Shown here: positions 18,833 to 30,200 of the stretch, piece after piece
How positions within the stretch are numbered: position 1 is the first letter of the stretch
How the letters are laid out: each line of letters begins with the position of its first letter
Assembly (NCBI GenBank): GCA_015233115.1
Contig: JADFYJ010000007.1
Coordinates: 40,885-104,884 of the forward strand
Length of the DNA stretch: 64,000 nt
Direction of reading: 5' to 3'
DNA from: Candidatus Omnitrophota bacterium
Lineage (GTDB): Bacteria; Omnitrophota; Gorgyraeia; Zapsychrales; Zapsychraceae
Translations under genes and position numbers: made by a program
Notes under the pieces: generated by a model
Told to the model about the DNA's origin: nothing
Databases searched by the model: none
Seen by the model: only the letters and a program-made list of their open reading frames with translations

Positions 18833-19807
18833 TCATTTCACGGCTTCCTGGGCATATTCTGGCACGATTAGCTCATTGACAACCTTTGTCACATCAACCG
18901 TATCGGCGATAACCCCATTCTTCTTGAGCACTTCTCCGGCTGCGGCAATGACTGACTTCTGTATTTCACCGATCTTTGAATCACTAATGTCCGTACGTTC
19001 ACCGAGCACCTTTTCAGCAACCGGTCCAGTAACTTTGGCCTGCGCTTCAAACAAAGTCTTAAATTCCAGCGGATTAGCGATTGCCCAGAGACGCGCCTTT
19101 TCATAAGCTTGCAATACCCGGGTGATCATCCCTGGATGATTTTGAATAAAATCTTCTCTCGTATTCAGGAGTCCATAGGTGTTCAGGTCCGCGTCACGAT
19201 GGAACAGGATAGCGCCATTATCAACTTCAGCCTGAGCCAATAAAGGATCAAGCCCTGCCCACGCATCCACCTCGCCGCGCAATAGTGCATCTTTACCGTC
19301 GGCATGTTGTAACGCTACAAATTGGATGTCTTTCAAGGTCATCCCATCTTCAGCTAAAGCTCTCACCAAAAACACGAAGGGATCCGTACCGAGCGTTGCC
19401 GCGACTTTTTTGCCTTTCAGATCAGCTACTGTCTTGATTCCGCTCTTATTCAAAGTGACAAGGGCAGTCCATTCTGGCTTGGAAAATACGTAAATCGACT
19501 TGACCGGATTATCCTTGGCACGGGAAATGAACGCAGCCGCACCAGCGGCAGAGGCGAAGTCCACAGTTTTACTATTCAAAGCTTCCAGCGCTTTATTACT
19601 ACCCTGACTCAAAACCCATTCGACCTTGATTCCATCGCGGCTTAAGTCTTCTTCCAAAAATCCTTTTTCTTTCAAAACGAGGCTGACCGGATTATAGTTT
19701 GCATAATCCAGCTTTACGACGTTGAGTTTTTCTTCCGCGCACGAACTTTTGATCCCAATGGTCAAGATGGCCATTATTGCAATGATTATTTTCTTGAGTC
19801 TGCTCAT
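18833..19807 (-). CDS. ssuA: Aliphatic sulfonate ABC substrate-binding protein
   Basis: LDYANYNPVSLVLK, SQGSNKALE, SKPEWTALV, VDAWAGLDP. Confidence 0.85.
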   Translation of the reverse strand: MSRLKKIIIAIMAILTIGIKSSCAEEKLNVVKLDYANYNPVSLVLKEKGFLEEDLSRDGIKVEWVLSQGSNKALEALNSKTVDFASAAGAAAFISRAKDNPVKSIYVFSKPEWTALVTLNKSGIKTVADLKGKKVAATLGTDPFVFLVRALAEDGMTLKDIQFVALQHADGKDALLRGEVDAWAGLDPLLAQAEVDNGAILFHRDADLNTYGLLNTREDFIQNHPGMITRVLQAYEKARLWAIANPLEFKTLFEAQAKVTGPVAEKVLGERTDISDSKIGEIQKSVIAAAGEVLKKNGVIADTVDVTKVVNELIVPEYAQEAVK

Positions 19808-20024
19808 TTTTGTTTTCCTTTCGAATTAATATTATCATGGTTCAGCTGGATTAAATTAAAGGTCAGTTAAAACATTCAAATCAATTTAATTTTTATTTTC
19901 GGTGATAAATCATCGTTTGTAAATATAAATTTTTTTTATATAATTGATAAATAAAATGCTGTAAATATTTAATAATAAGCAATTTATTCGCGATGGAATT
20001 TTGAGTAACCGCAAAGGAGACAGC

Positions 20025-21944
20025 ATGTGGAAAAATATGAGTTTGTCAATGAAGCTGGGCTTGGGCTTTGGAGTCGTGCTTTTCATTACAATCATATTAG
20101 GCGTTACAGCGGTGGTGAACATGAAAACCGCTGCGCAAACAGCTAATATACTGGTGAAAGAGAACGTCCCTGAAGTCGAGGTGGCCCACAACATCGAACG
20201 TTGGTCGCTCAAAACATTGCACGAAATGCGCGGTTATGCCTATACAGAGGAAGTAAAATTTTTGGATCAGGCCAGGTTTAACCTGGCCCAAACGAAAAAA
20301 TATCTAGCTGATGCCAAGGCCGACGGAGAAAGATTTCCGCGGTTGACAAAGTTGAAAGAAGCTGCCCAAAAAGCGGAAACCGCTGTATCGAGGTATGAAA
20401 CCCTTGTTGGCGCAACAATAGATCTTACCACTCGGCTGCAAGAGTATCGCAGGACGGCCGAGTTTGCCGCCGTGGTATACATTGACAGTTGTTATAAATT
20501 GTTAGATTCGCAAGAAAAGCAAATGAATCAAAATTTGAATAAGGACATTATTGATAAAAAGGCCATTGAACTTGATCTGAGACAGTCTCAATTAAGCCAT
20601 GACCTTATTGATGTTGTCAACAGGATCATCGCCGGGACATGGAAATCGCAGTTTCTCCGTGACGCGAAACAATTCTCACAAGTTCAAATGCTTTTTGATA
20701 ATCTTTATAAAAAATCAGACGCGCTTCGAGCCGTCACCACGAACCCTGAGGAGATCAAGCTTATCGATAAGAATTTAGCGGCTGCCAAAAAATACCAAGC
20801 TCAGATGGTTAGCTTGTCGAAAGGATGGGTCAAAAGTGATGAACTTGGTAAAAAACGTCTAGAAGTTGCTGGCGAAGTCATTGAATTAGCAAAAACTACG
20901 GCTGAGCTCGGAATGGCGGATACGAAAATGAGTTCAGAGAACGCCGCAAAAGCTTTGGAAACGTCGTCAGCCATAATGATCATTGGTCTTATGATCGGCA
21001 CTATAATCGCGATTATTTTTGCATTTATTCTCACCGCTGCCATCACAAATCCCATCTTTAAAAATGTTCGAGTCATGAAGGCCATGGCGGAAGGCAACTT
21101 GACGCAGCGGCTCGGGTTCAACAGCAAGGATGAAATCGGAACAATGGCCAAATCTGTAGATACTCTGTCAGATAACCTGTCTAAGATGATCGGTCAGATC
21201 CAAACTTCAGCAGAACAACTCATAGTTGCGACCGAAGAGGTGACGGCCTCATCTCAACAGATTTCCGATGGCGCTCAGCAGCAATCAGCGTCCTTTGAAA
21301 CTCTGTCAAGTTCAGTTCAAATCAATGCAAGAAATGTGCAAGACGCCAACCAAATCTCTCAACAAATGGCCCAAGAAGCACAAAAAGCCGGACAGGCTAT
21401 AGAAAAAAATGTTGAGGCTATGTCAGGTATTAAAAAAGGATCTGAACAAATGACTGATGCGGTGGACTTGATTACAGATATAGCCGATCAGACTAACCTA
21501 CTAGCCTTAAACGCTGCCATCGAAGCAGCACGTGCCGGTGAGAATGGAAAAGGGTTTGCGGTTGTGGCAGATGAAGTGCGCAAGCTAGCCGAGCGTTCTG
21601 CCACAGCGGCCAAAGAGATACAAAACCTTATAAAAATGAATCTTCATCAGGTTCAGACCGGTGTGACAATTTCTAAAGAAGTTGGGCAGATCGTGAGAGG
21701 CATCATTGAAAACATCAAGAAGGTGGCAGATCAATTGCAGTCAGCGGCTGACTCCTCACAAGAGCAGGCTGCCGCCATGGAACAAAACACGTCCATAACG
21801 GATTCTAATGCTTCAGCTGCCGAACAATTGGCCAGTTCCGCTGAAGAGATGTCTTCTCAGGCAGAGATTTTGCGAAATATGGTCGCACGCTTTAAGACAA
21901 ATAAAACTAAAGAAAATAGTGAAGAATCTTTACGCATTCTCTAA
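20025..21944 (+). CDS. Methyl-accepting chemotaxis protein
   Basis: Two TMs, HAMP (DEIGTMA), [40 protein letters not shown]; start ATG 20025 after AAGGAG. Confidence 0.95.
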   Translation: MWKNMSLSMKLGLGFGVVLFITIILGVTAVVNMKTAAQTANILVKENVPEVEVAHNIERWSLKTLHEMRGYAYTEEVKFLDQARFNLAQTKKYLADAKADGERFPRLTKLKEAAQKAETAVSRYETLVGATIDLTTRLQEYRRTAEFAAVVYIDSCYKLLDSQEKQMNQNLNKDIIDKKAIELDLRQSQLSHDLIDVVNRIIAGTWKSQFLRDAKQFSQVQMLFDNLYKKSDALRAVTTNPEEIKLIDKNLAAAKKYQAQMVSLSKGWVKSDELGKKRLEVAGEVIELAKTTAELGMADTKMSSENAAKALETSSAIMIIGLMIGTIIAIIFAFILTAAITNPIFKNVRVMKAMAEGNLTQRLGFNSKDEIGTMAKSVDTLSDNLSKMIGQIQTSAEQLIVATEEVTASSQQISDGAQQQSASFETLSSSVQINARNVQDANQISQQMAQEAQKAGQAIEKNVEAMSGIKKGSEQMTDAVDLITDIADQTNLLALNAAIEAARAGENGKGFAVVADEVRKLAERSATAAKEIQNLIKMNLHQVQTGVTISKEVGQIVRGIIENIKKVADQLQSAADSSQEQAAAMEQNTSITDSNASAAEQLASSAEEMSSQAEILRNMVARFKTNKTKENSEESLRIL

Positions 21945-22044
21945 TTTTTTCTGATTTTTTTACTTTTCTCTTTCCAATCATTAAATTTTGTGTAAAATAG
22001 AAAAGGTTTAAAAATCCAAAACTCTATATTAAAGGAAATAAATT

Positions 22045-22671
22045 ATGTTCGCCGCCTTTTTACCCAAAGAATTCAATTTCTTCGATCTTTTTGAAAAACA
22101 AGTCGGATTTGCCGGAGACGCGGCGCGATATTTCAAAGAATTAGTCACCAAAGGCGCTATTGATGAAAATTCGCTCAGCAAAATGCATGACATTGAACAC
22201 CAAAGCGATGACGTATCCCACGAAATCATTGACCGCTTAAATAAAACCTTTATTACTCCGTTTGACCGGGAAGATATTCATTCGCTAACTAAAGAGCTGG
22301 ATGATATCATTGACATGCTTTATACCATTGTCAGCCGGATGAAAGTTTATAAAATTTCTGGAGCCAACAAACAACTGATCGATTTCGCGGTTGTCATCGA
22401 ACAGTCTGTTGCCAGCGTTGCCGCGGCTGTTAAAGCTATGCGCCACATGAAACACTCTAAAACTATTACGGATGCCTGTGTAGAAGTCAACCGGTTAGAA
22501 AATGTTGGCGATACCATGCGGGATAAAGCGTTAGAGCAATTATTCGAAAATGAAAAAGATCCTATTGTGGTTATCAAATGGAAAGAAATCTTCCAATACT
22601 CAGAAACAGTTCTGGATATCTGCGAAGACGTCGTCCACGTCATTGAATCAATCTTTGTGAAACAGGCATAA
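22045..22671 (+). CDS. DUF47 phosphate transport regulator
   Basis: LNKTFITPFDREDI, IKWKEI; upstream of PiT. Confidence 0.92.
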   Translation: MFAAFLPKEFNFFDLFEKQVGFAGDAARYFKELVTKGAIDENSLSKMHDIEHQSDDVSHEIIDRLNKTFITPFDREDIHSLTKELDDIIDMLYTIVSRMKVYKISGANKQLIDFAVVIEQSVASVAAAVKAMRHMKHSKTITDACVEVNRLENVGDTMRDKALEQLFENEKDPIVVIKWKEIFQYSETVLDICEDVVHVIESIFVKQA

Positions 22672-22673
22672 TT

Positions 22674-23657
22674 ATGACCATCAGCTTAATTTTATTAATA
22701 CTCCTGGCGCTGGTTTTTGATTTTTTAAATGGATTTCATGATTCAGCCAATTCCATAGCCACAGTTGTTTCAACCAGAGTTTTATCTCCCCGTTATGCTG
22801 TGATGTGGGCCGCTTTCTTTAATTTTATCGCGTTTTTATTCTTCGGAACTCATGTCGCGAATACTATCGGAAAAGGCATCATTGATATCACCATTGTTGA
22901 CCAGAATATTATTTTGGGAGTATTGGTGAGCGCCTGCACTTGGAACATACTCACCTGGTATCTTGGTTTGCCGACAAGTTCCTCTCATGCCTTGATCGGA
23001 GGGATGATTGGCGCCGCGCTCGTTAAAGCCGGGCCAAAATCTTTGGTTTGGGCTGGCATTTTTAAAACTGTCACGTTTATTATCATTGCTCCGTTAATTG
23101 GACTTTTTTTAGGTTTGTCACTCGGAATAATCATTTATTGGGTTTGCCGTAAAAGTACCCCGCTAAAAGTAGATAATTTTTTTAGAAAAGGCCAGCTATT
23201 TTCTGCCTCGCTATATAGTTTAGGCCACGGTGGCAATGACGCGCAGAAAACCATGGGGATCATTGGCGTTTTACTTTTTAGCGCGGGTTTGCTGGGCCCC
23301 AAATTCCATATTCCTTTCTGGGTCGTCATTGTCTGTCAAGCGGCGATTGCGTTAGGCACTTTATTCGGGGGATGGCGCATTGTTAAAACTATGGGACAAA
23401 AAGTTGCTAAACTTAAACCCATCGACGGTTTTTGCGCTGAGTCAGGGGCCGCTATCACACTTTTCGCATCTTCATATTTTGGCATCCCGGTCAGCACAAC
23501 CCATACTATTACCGGCGCGATTATGGGCATTGGTTCCTTAAAACGCTTAAGCGCGGTCAAATGGGGGGTAGCTGGCCGCATAATCTGGGCCTGGATTTTA
23601 ACCATTCCCTGTTCCGCGGCTATTTCTGCCGCTGTTTACTACTTTACGACAAAGTAA
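22674..23657 (+). CDS. pit: PiT family inorganic phosphate transporter
   Basis: NGFHDSANSIAT, HGGNDAQK, GIPVSTTH. Confidence 0.93.
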   Translation: MTISLILLILLALVFDFLNGFHDSANSIATVVSTRVLSPRYAVMWAAFFNFIAFLFFGTHVANTIGKGIIDITIVDQNIILGVLVSACTWNILTWYLGLPTSSSHALIGGMIGAALVKAGPKSLVWAGIFKTVTFIIIAPLIGLFLGLSLGIIIYWVCRKSTPLKVDNFFRKGQLFSASLYSLGHGGNDAQKTMGIIGVLLFSAGLLGPKFHIPFWVVIVCQAAIALGTLFGGWRIVKTMGQKVAKLKPIDGFCAESGAAITLFASSYFGIPVSTTHTITGAIMGIGSLKRLSAVKWGVAGRIIWAWILTIPCSAAISAAVYYFTTK

Positions 23658-23681
23658 TAAAACGAAGAGAAAGGCCCACCA

Positions 23682-24419
23682 TTGAAAAAAAATTTGATTT
23701 TATTTTTTCTCATGCCGCTGCTTTTAACTGGCTGCGTTTCAACATTACGAACCTCACCGGATTACACGCGTTCTATTCCCGCAATTAAAACCATTGCCGT
23801 CATGCCCATCGACATCAAAGTTTGGAGTTTAACGGCTGGAGGAGTAAAAGAGCTCCGCGATGACTGGTCTGAACAAGCCAATCATTTTGTCCTGCAAGCT
23901 TTAATGACAAATCTTCAATCAATACCCGGTATACAGGTTAAATTTATTAACAAAGATTGGATGAATTCACACTTAAATGATAAGTGGAAAAAAAATTGGG
24001 CGTTGTATCAAGCTGTCGCATTTTCCGCCAGTACACATGCTTTTGCCAATTCCCAATATTATTCTCAGCCGTTTTCCACAAAAATAAAAAAATTTGATTA
24101 TACGTTAGGCGCTGAAATTACCGCTATATCTAGAGATTTAAATGCTGACGCAATACTTTTTGTTTATGGATTTGATCATGAAGCAACCTTAGGCAGAAAG
24201 GCTAGCCTTTGGTGGAATGTGTTTATGGGCGCGTTTACGGGCATAACCATGATACCGTTAAATCCCAGTTTCATGTCACTGGGGCTGGTCAACGCGTCGA
24301 ATGGAAACCTGGATTGGTACAAAACTACCCCGCCTGATAATGAGTACAGTTTTCGCAACCCTCACCATATAGAAGACATAATCAAATGGCTCACGCGCGA
24401 TTTTTTGACACAAAAATAA
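23682..24419 (+). CDS. Hypothetical lipoprotein
   Basis: Lipobox LLTGC. Confidence 0.7.
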   Translation: MKKNLILFFLMPLLLTGCVSTLRTSPDYTRSIPAIKTIAVMPIDIKVWSLTAGGVKELRDDWSEQANHFVLQALMTNLQSIPGIQVKFINKDWMNSHLNDKWKKNWALYQAVAFSASTHAFANSQYYSQPFSTKIKKFDYTLGAEITAISRDLNADAILFVYGFDHEATLGRKASLWWNVFMGAFTGITMIPLNPSFMSLGLVNASNGNLDWYKTTPPDNEYSFRNPHHIEDIIKWLTRDFLTQK

Positions 24420-25582
24420 TTCTGTTCATCAGTTTACTATCCCTAGCCGGATGCGCGACTGTTAATGTTGCCAACGTAGGAGAAAAAGGGTACAAACTTG
24501 CCGATGATGAGCAACGTCTGATTAAACGCGTGGAAGAATTTTCTGAAATACTAGATGGTTCTGATTATATTTACCATAATCAGGCCTTAGAAGATTATTT
24601 GCGCCAAATGGCCAGCCAATTACTCCCAGCCCGAGCTAGGGAAAGTGGAATATCCATTAACGTAAAAATGTTAAAAGATCCGGAATTTAACGCATTTTCA
24701 TTTTCAAACGGAAAAATTTATATCCACTCGGGAATTATCGCTGCCTGTGAAAATGAAGCGCAGCTGGCTGCTCTGCTTGGCCATGAAATCGGGCACGTGG
24801 TCAACAGACACGCGTTAAAAGAATTTCGGGCCACAATCAATAAATCCGCTTTTATGTCTGCCATGTCCGGGTTGGGATTAGCCGGCGCCATTATGCAAAT
24901 TGGAACAATGTCGTCAGCAGCAGGATATTCTCAACATTTAGAATTCGAAGCTGATGAATTAGGTTTCACGATGATGAAAGATAACGGATATGATGTTCAC
25001 GAAAGCAAAATATTATTCCAAAGCCTGGAAAAACACCTCGCGGAGGAAGAAATCAAAACGCCTTTTTTCTTTTCGTCGCATCCTCAAGTCAAAAGTAGAA
25101 TCAGCAGTTTTCAGCATCTCATCGATCAAACCGGAATGCTCCCCGCCACCAGAATTCAGAATAACCAAATTTTCTATAATCTCACCAAAGATATCCGGAA
25201 AATTAATATTGAATTATGCCTTATGCGCGGTTATTTCAAAACAGCAGAACGGTTTCTTAATCAATACATTAATCTATTTCCAAATGAAGGAAACGGTTAT
25301 TTTCTGAAAGGCGAACTTTTCCGTCAGCGAACCGATATTACCCAAGGCCGGAAAGAGAGAGCAAAATCTGATGATTGGAACACTGCTATCTCCCTTTACG
25401 AACACGCATTAAATCTGGATCCGTCCTTGACAAAAATTTATAAATTTGAGGGGTACATCTACGAAAAAACAAAACAAATGCCCAAAGCGCGGGATGTTTT
25501 TACAAAATATCTTGAGCATAATCCTCAAGCTGAGGACCGCGCGTATATTCAACATTATTTGGATGGAAAGGAAAAGCTCTAA
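24386..25582 (+). CDS. M48 family metallopeptidase lipoprotein with C-terminal TPRs
   Basis: Lipobox LAGC, FNAFS..G.IYIHSG, HEIGH, EFEAD, SSHP; TPR-like tail. Confidence 0.88.
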   Translation: MAHARFFDTKIILFISLLSLAGCATVNVANVGEKGYKLADDEQRLIKRVEEFSEILDGSDYIYHNQALEDYLRQMASQLLPARARESGISINVKMLKDPEFNAFSFSNGKIYIHSGIIAACENEAQLAALLGHEIGHVVNRHALKEFRATINKSAFMSAMSGLGLAGAIMQIGTMSSAAGYSQHLEFEADELGFTMMKDNGYDVHESKILFQSLEKHLAEEEIKTPFFFSSHPQVKSRISSFQHLIDQTGMLPATRIQNNQIFYNLTKDIRKINIELCLMRGYFKTAERFLNQYINLFPNEGNGYFLKGELFRQRTDITQGRKERAKSDDWNTAISLYEHALNLDPSLTKIYKFEGYIYEKTKQMPKARDVFTKYLEHNPQAEDRAYIQHYLDGKEKL

Positions 25583-26145
25583 TGAAAACGGGCAAAATTT
25601 TATTTTTTATCATGACCAGTGCATTTCTTTTTTCTGGATGCGCCCTACCTTTGTGGACGCATCTTAATGAACAGGATTACCGCGACAACTCCAGATCATT
25701 CAGCGCAAGACTTCCGCAGGATTGGATGAAATTAAATTTTAACAAGAATTTTTTTATTACCAAAGACGGACTTTCCCTTAACCTGATCATGGTTAGCAGA
25801 TTGTCTATAAAAGACCGCCTCGAATTTACCAATAAAAAATATGAACGCGACATGCTGGTCACCGATTTGGCTGAAATTGAAAAAGATAACTTGAGCTTAA
25901 ATAAAAACTGGCTGCAATTCAAAATTTTGTCCAATGAGCCTCTGAGAATTTCCAATTATGACGGTTACAGGCTGGAATATTCTTATGAAACCAAAAACGG
26001 GCTTCCAATACGCGGAATTTTATGCGGTTTTCAACATAATGCATGGATTTACCAAATACGTTTTGAAGCGACAGAACAACATTATTACGAGGAAAATGTC
26101 AAAATCTTTGAAAAATTTCTAAGCTCCTTTAGACTCATAAAATAA
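25582..26145 (+). CDS. Hypothetical lipoprotein (PsbP/DcrB-like fold suspected)
   Basis: Lipobox FSGC; FSARLPQDW ... FEKFLSSFRL pattern. Confidence 0.6.
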   Translation: MKTGKILFFIMTSAFLFSGCALPLWTHLNEQDYRDNSRSFSARLPQDWMKLNFNKNFFITKDGLSLNLIMVSRLSIKDRLEFTNKKYERDMLVTDLAEIEKDNLSLNKNWLQFKILSNEPLRISNYDGYRLEYSYETKNGLPIRGILCGFQHNAWIYQIRFEATEQHYYEENVKIFEKFLSSFRLIK

Positions 26146-26179
26146 AAGTTGTATCAAAATTATTTTCAATTAATATATT

Positions 26180-27220
26180 GTGATGAACGCTTCCTCAACA
26201 CCATCAACCATCAAAACAAACGACTATTTACACGTCGTTACACAAATCCGGGAAATTTTGCGCAAAGCCAAAACAAAATCCGCGATTTCTTCTGATGACC
26301 ATTTTATCGATATGTATTGGCAGATTGGACGGTGCATGTATCAATATGTTGATACAGACAAGACCCGTTATGGTAAACTTTTTGCCAAACGTCTGGCCCA
26401 GGATGTAGGGGTGGATCGAACTGATTTAATCCGTTCTCTGCAATTCTTCCGTGAATACCATGTTAAAGATGCCCGCTCTAAATTAACTTGGACACATTAC
26501 CGCGTTCTCATGACAGTCAAAGACCTGCAAATCCGCAGAGAATTGGAGCAGCGGGCTTTGCGGGAGACCTGGAGTTCTCGGCAATTAATGGCTCATTCCG
26601 CCCAATACAAAAAACCAGCGCATAAAAAAACAACTGAACAACAAAATCAGACTGAATCGCCTGAATTTAAAATAGGCTGGTTATATACCTACCGGATTAT
26701 CCGCGATCATAATTCGTTGTCTAAATTCTGGATTGATTTAGGATTTAATTTGCGTTTAAGGGTCCCGGAAACAGAACATGTGCATGAAAACGACATTGTA
26801 AGCGCCAATTGGGAAAATGGCAGAATCCTTTTACAAGAAATGCTGGGCCTGGAAGAAAAACTTTTATTCACCTATGGCGCGACTATAGAAAAATTAGGGC
26901 AAGACGGTTCTTTATCTCTTGAAATTGACTGTGGATTCGGGATTCTTTTCCGTCATAAAATCTGGCTTAAAGGGCTCCAGACTATTTTCGTTGATCCCGC
27001 CAAAAATAAAAGAGCTGTTACTTTCCTGGAAAGAAAATTAGCTCCTGGTCAAAAAATTGTCATTAAAATGTTTTGGGAAGAAGGGCAGCGCCCAGCCGCG
27101 AATATATTTTATCATCAGGAAGAAAAAAAATTCAGCGCCATTGCCAAAAACGGTATTTGCCTTAATACAGAAATGCTAGAAATAAAATTCCGGAAACAAA
27201 CCTTAAATTATCTTCATTAA
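26180..27220 (+). CDS. DUF1016 (YhcG) N-terminal domain fused to a degenerate thermonuclease-like domain
   Basis: YWQIGR, LTWTHYRVLM, WSSRQL; C-region FTYGATIEKL..DGSL..IDCGFG..IWLKG. Confidence 0.65.
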   Translation: MMNASSTPSTIKTNDYLHVVTQIREILRKAKTKSAISSDDHFIDMYWQIGRCMYQYVDTDKTRYGKLFAKRLAQDVGVDRTDLIRSLQFFREYHVKDARSKLTWTHYRVLMTVKDLQIRRELEQRALRETWSSRQLMAHSAQYKKPAHKKTTEQQNQTESPEFKIGWLYTYRIIRDHNSLSKFWIDLGFNLRLRVPETEHVHENDIVSANWENGRILLQEMLGLEEKLLFTYGATIEKLGQDGSLSLEIDCGFGILFRHKIWLKGLQTIFVDPAKNKRAVTFLERKLAPGQKIVIKMFWEEGQRPAANIFYHQEEKKFSAIAKNGICLNTEMLEIKFRKQTLNYLH

Positions 27221-27233
27221 ACGGAGAGCAGTC

Positions 27234-30200
27234 ATGAAAAAATTTTTAAAAATTCTTGGGATTATTTTTTTAATCCTATTCACTTTATTCCTGATCGCGG
27301 TCATTGGAATTTTTATCTTTCTCAAAAATTTTAATATTGTCCAATATAAACCACAAATTATTAAGGCTGCCAGCCAAGCATTAGGCAGGCCGGTTGATTT
27401 TAAAAATATTGATCTCAAAGTTTCATTTAACGATGGGGTTTGGCTGCATTTATCCGATTTAAAAATTGAAGAAAATCCTGATTTTGGTACAGACTCCTTT
27501 TTAACAGCCCAAAACATTCGCGTCGGTGTCGACATCCGCTCCTATATATTTTTCCGCCAAATAAACATACCCAACATTTTAATCGATTCGCCCAAAATAA
27601 ATATTATCCGCGATACGAAAGGAATGTTAAGCGTTCAGACCATAGGTCAGTCGACGACCCCGGCTAAAGAAAAACTGCAAACGCCATCCGCGTCTGCCGC
27701 GGTTCTTCCGGCCATCTTCATTAATTCCTTTAAAATTAATAATGCTGAAATACATATGATCGACAAATCAGTTCTCCCTCAACGCGCAATCGCCGTCACT
27801 CAACTAAATTTATCCACCAAAAATTTTTCCTTAACCAATCCGTTTGACCTGATGGTCGAAGGCGCCTTATTTTCACCTCAACCAGATCTGCGTTTGACTG
27901 GAAAAATTCAACTTAATTTGCCGTCGAATCAAATCAAATTATCGGATTTTGAAATCAACGCTGATCTGAATCAACTTTCCCTGAACGATCTAAAAAATTT
28001 CCCCATGCTAAAAGGGATTCCGTTGCCCACCACACTCAAAGGCCAATTAATAACCAAAATTCAACAAGCAGAAATTTCTGACAAAGGGTTAGGCCCGATT
28101 ATCATGAACATTGAATTCACCAACGGTATCATAATTGCTCCAGACATAACCCCTGGCATAACCTTTGAAGCCAATCATTTGAATTTTTCAGTTAATAATC
28201 TTTCTTTAAGCGGCCAAACCCCGTTTCAGGTCAATCTTAAAGCCGCACTCTACCAAGATCAAACCAATATCAATTTTTCTGGACAAATTTTATTTAATCT
28301 CCAAACTCTAGCCATGAGTTTAGAAAAAGCGCATTTTGAAACTGATTTAGCGCTGTGGCCACTGAAAAAAATCCAAGAATCAATTACTCCTTTAAAAAAT
28401 ATTCCTATCCCAGAACATTTGACCGGTAAATTCCAGACCGATATCCATCAACTGGATGCAACCGCATCTGGTCTAAACAGCGTGTTGCTTGACGCCAAAT
28501 GGGATGACGGAGCATTTGAGCTCAACAATGTTATTCCCGGAAAATCGATCGCGATCAGCAAAACAACTTTAGCCGTTCAAAATTTCTCTATCAACAAACC
28601 ATTTACAATTTCGTTCAAAACAGCTTATTTGAGCGATACTCCCAACATTTCTATTGATGGCAATTCCATTTTTGATATTAAAAATCAATCCATAAATATT
28701 ATAAATATGACTTTGGGTTTAGATCTGGATAATTTTCCGCTTGATCGTTTAAAAGCGACCGGTTTTATCCCGTCGAACGTGCCATTTCCTCAAATCCTGG
28801 GAGGAAAAATCCAAACCCGCATTAACAATTTAGCCGCTTCACCCAAATCCATTGATAACATGAGCATTGACTTGCAATGGCAAAAAGGCAAGATTACGGT
28901 TAATGATATTGCGCCCGGTATTTCCGTCACCGCAAACAATATTAACCTGGATGTTAAAAATTTTTCACTTAAAAATCCATTTGATGTCACCGCCACCCTG
29001 GGTTATGAATCTGAAGAACCAAATATCTACTTCAATGGCACAGCCGCTCTTGATCCTGACACACAAAATATTAAATTAACCAATTCCACGATAAAAACTG
29101 ACTTAGCAAAAATATCTTTGGATCGTTTAAAAGAAACGATCACACCTTTAAAAACCGCCTCTTTACCGGAAATTCTTAAAGGTCAACTTGAACTCGTGAT
29201 TAAAAATTTAACAGCCGGAGCAAAGGGTGTGACGGCCATAGAGGCCAACGCGTCGTTTAAAGATGGAGAGATCAGCATGAAGAATGCCGCCCCGGGTATT
29301 TCATTTGCCGCGTCCCATATTGATATTGATCTAAAAAATTTAGGGCTGGGTACACCCATTGATTTTAATGTCAGCTTGGGTTATCTCCATGATGAGCCCA
29401 ATATCCATGTTAAAGGGACAGCGACTCTAAATTTAACTGATCAAACGGTGTCTCTGAAAAATACCAACTTTAATACGGATCTATCCTCATTCGCGTTGGA
29501 TAAACTGCCATCATCCATTGCCGCGTTAAAAAACGCGTCTTTACCCGAAAAACTACACGGTCAATTTGAAATCAATATTAGTGAGGCGCTGGCAGGACCC
29601 AAAGGATTGTTAACCCTATCCAGTAAAGGATCATTAAAAGACGGTGAAGTCAAACTTAAAGAACTGACAGTCCCCATCAAAGGATTAGATACCACGTTTG
29701 ACTTAACGCAAAATGATTTTACTATGACTGCCATCAAAGCCAATTTAGGAAAAGGTGAAATCACGGCCCAAGCTGATGTGTCCAATTATTTAACTGAACA
29801 AAATTTTAATATAAAAGCTGAAGTTAAAGGAATTGATCTCGCAGAAATCCTTGATCAGCAAAAAGCTTCCGTCAAGATTCAAGGACTGCTATCAGGAGAC
29901 ATCAAAGCGCAAGGGAAGGGGGCGGACCTCAATTCCATAACTGGCAACGGGAAGTTAGATATTAAAGAAGCTAAATTAAAAGATTTAAATGTCTTAAAAA
30001 CGATTTTGGATAAAATCTCTTTTATACCTAACGCATCTTCTCAAATTCAAACCAACCTGCCGGATAAATATAAACAAAAGCTCAATCAACCTGACACAGA
30101 CATCAATAAGATTGCCGTGACTTGCGCCATTGCCAACAGCCAGATTACCATTGATCCCATCGCGGTTGAAGCCGATGAATTTATATTTTCAGGAAAAAGT

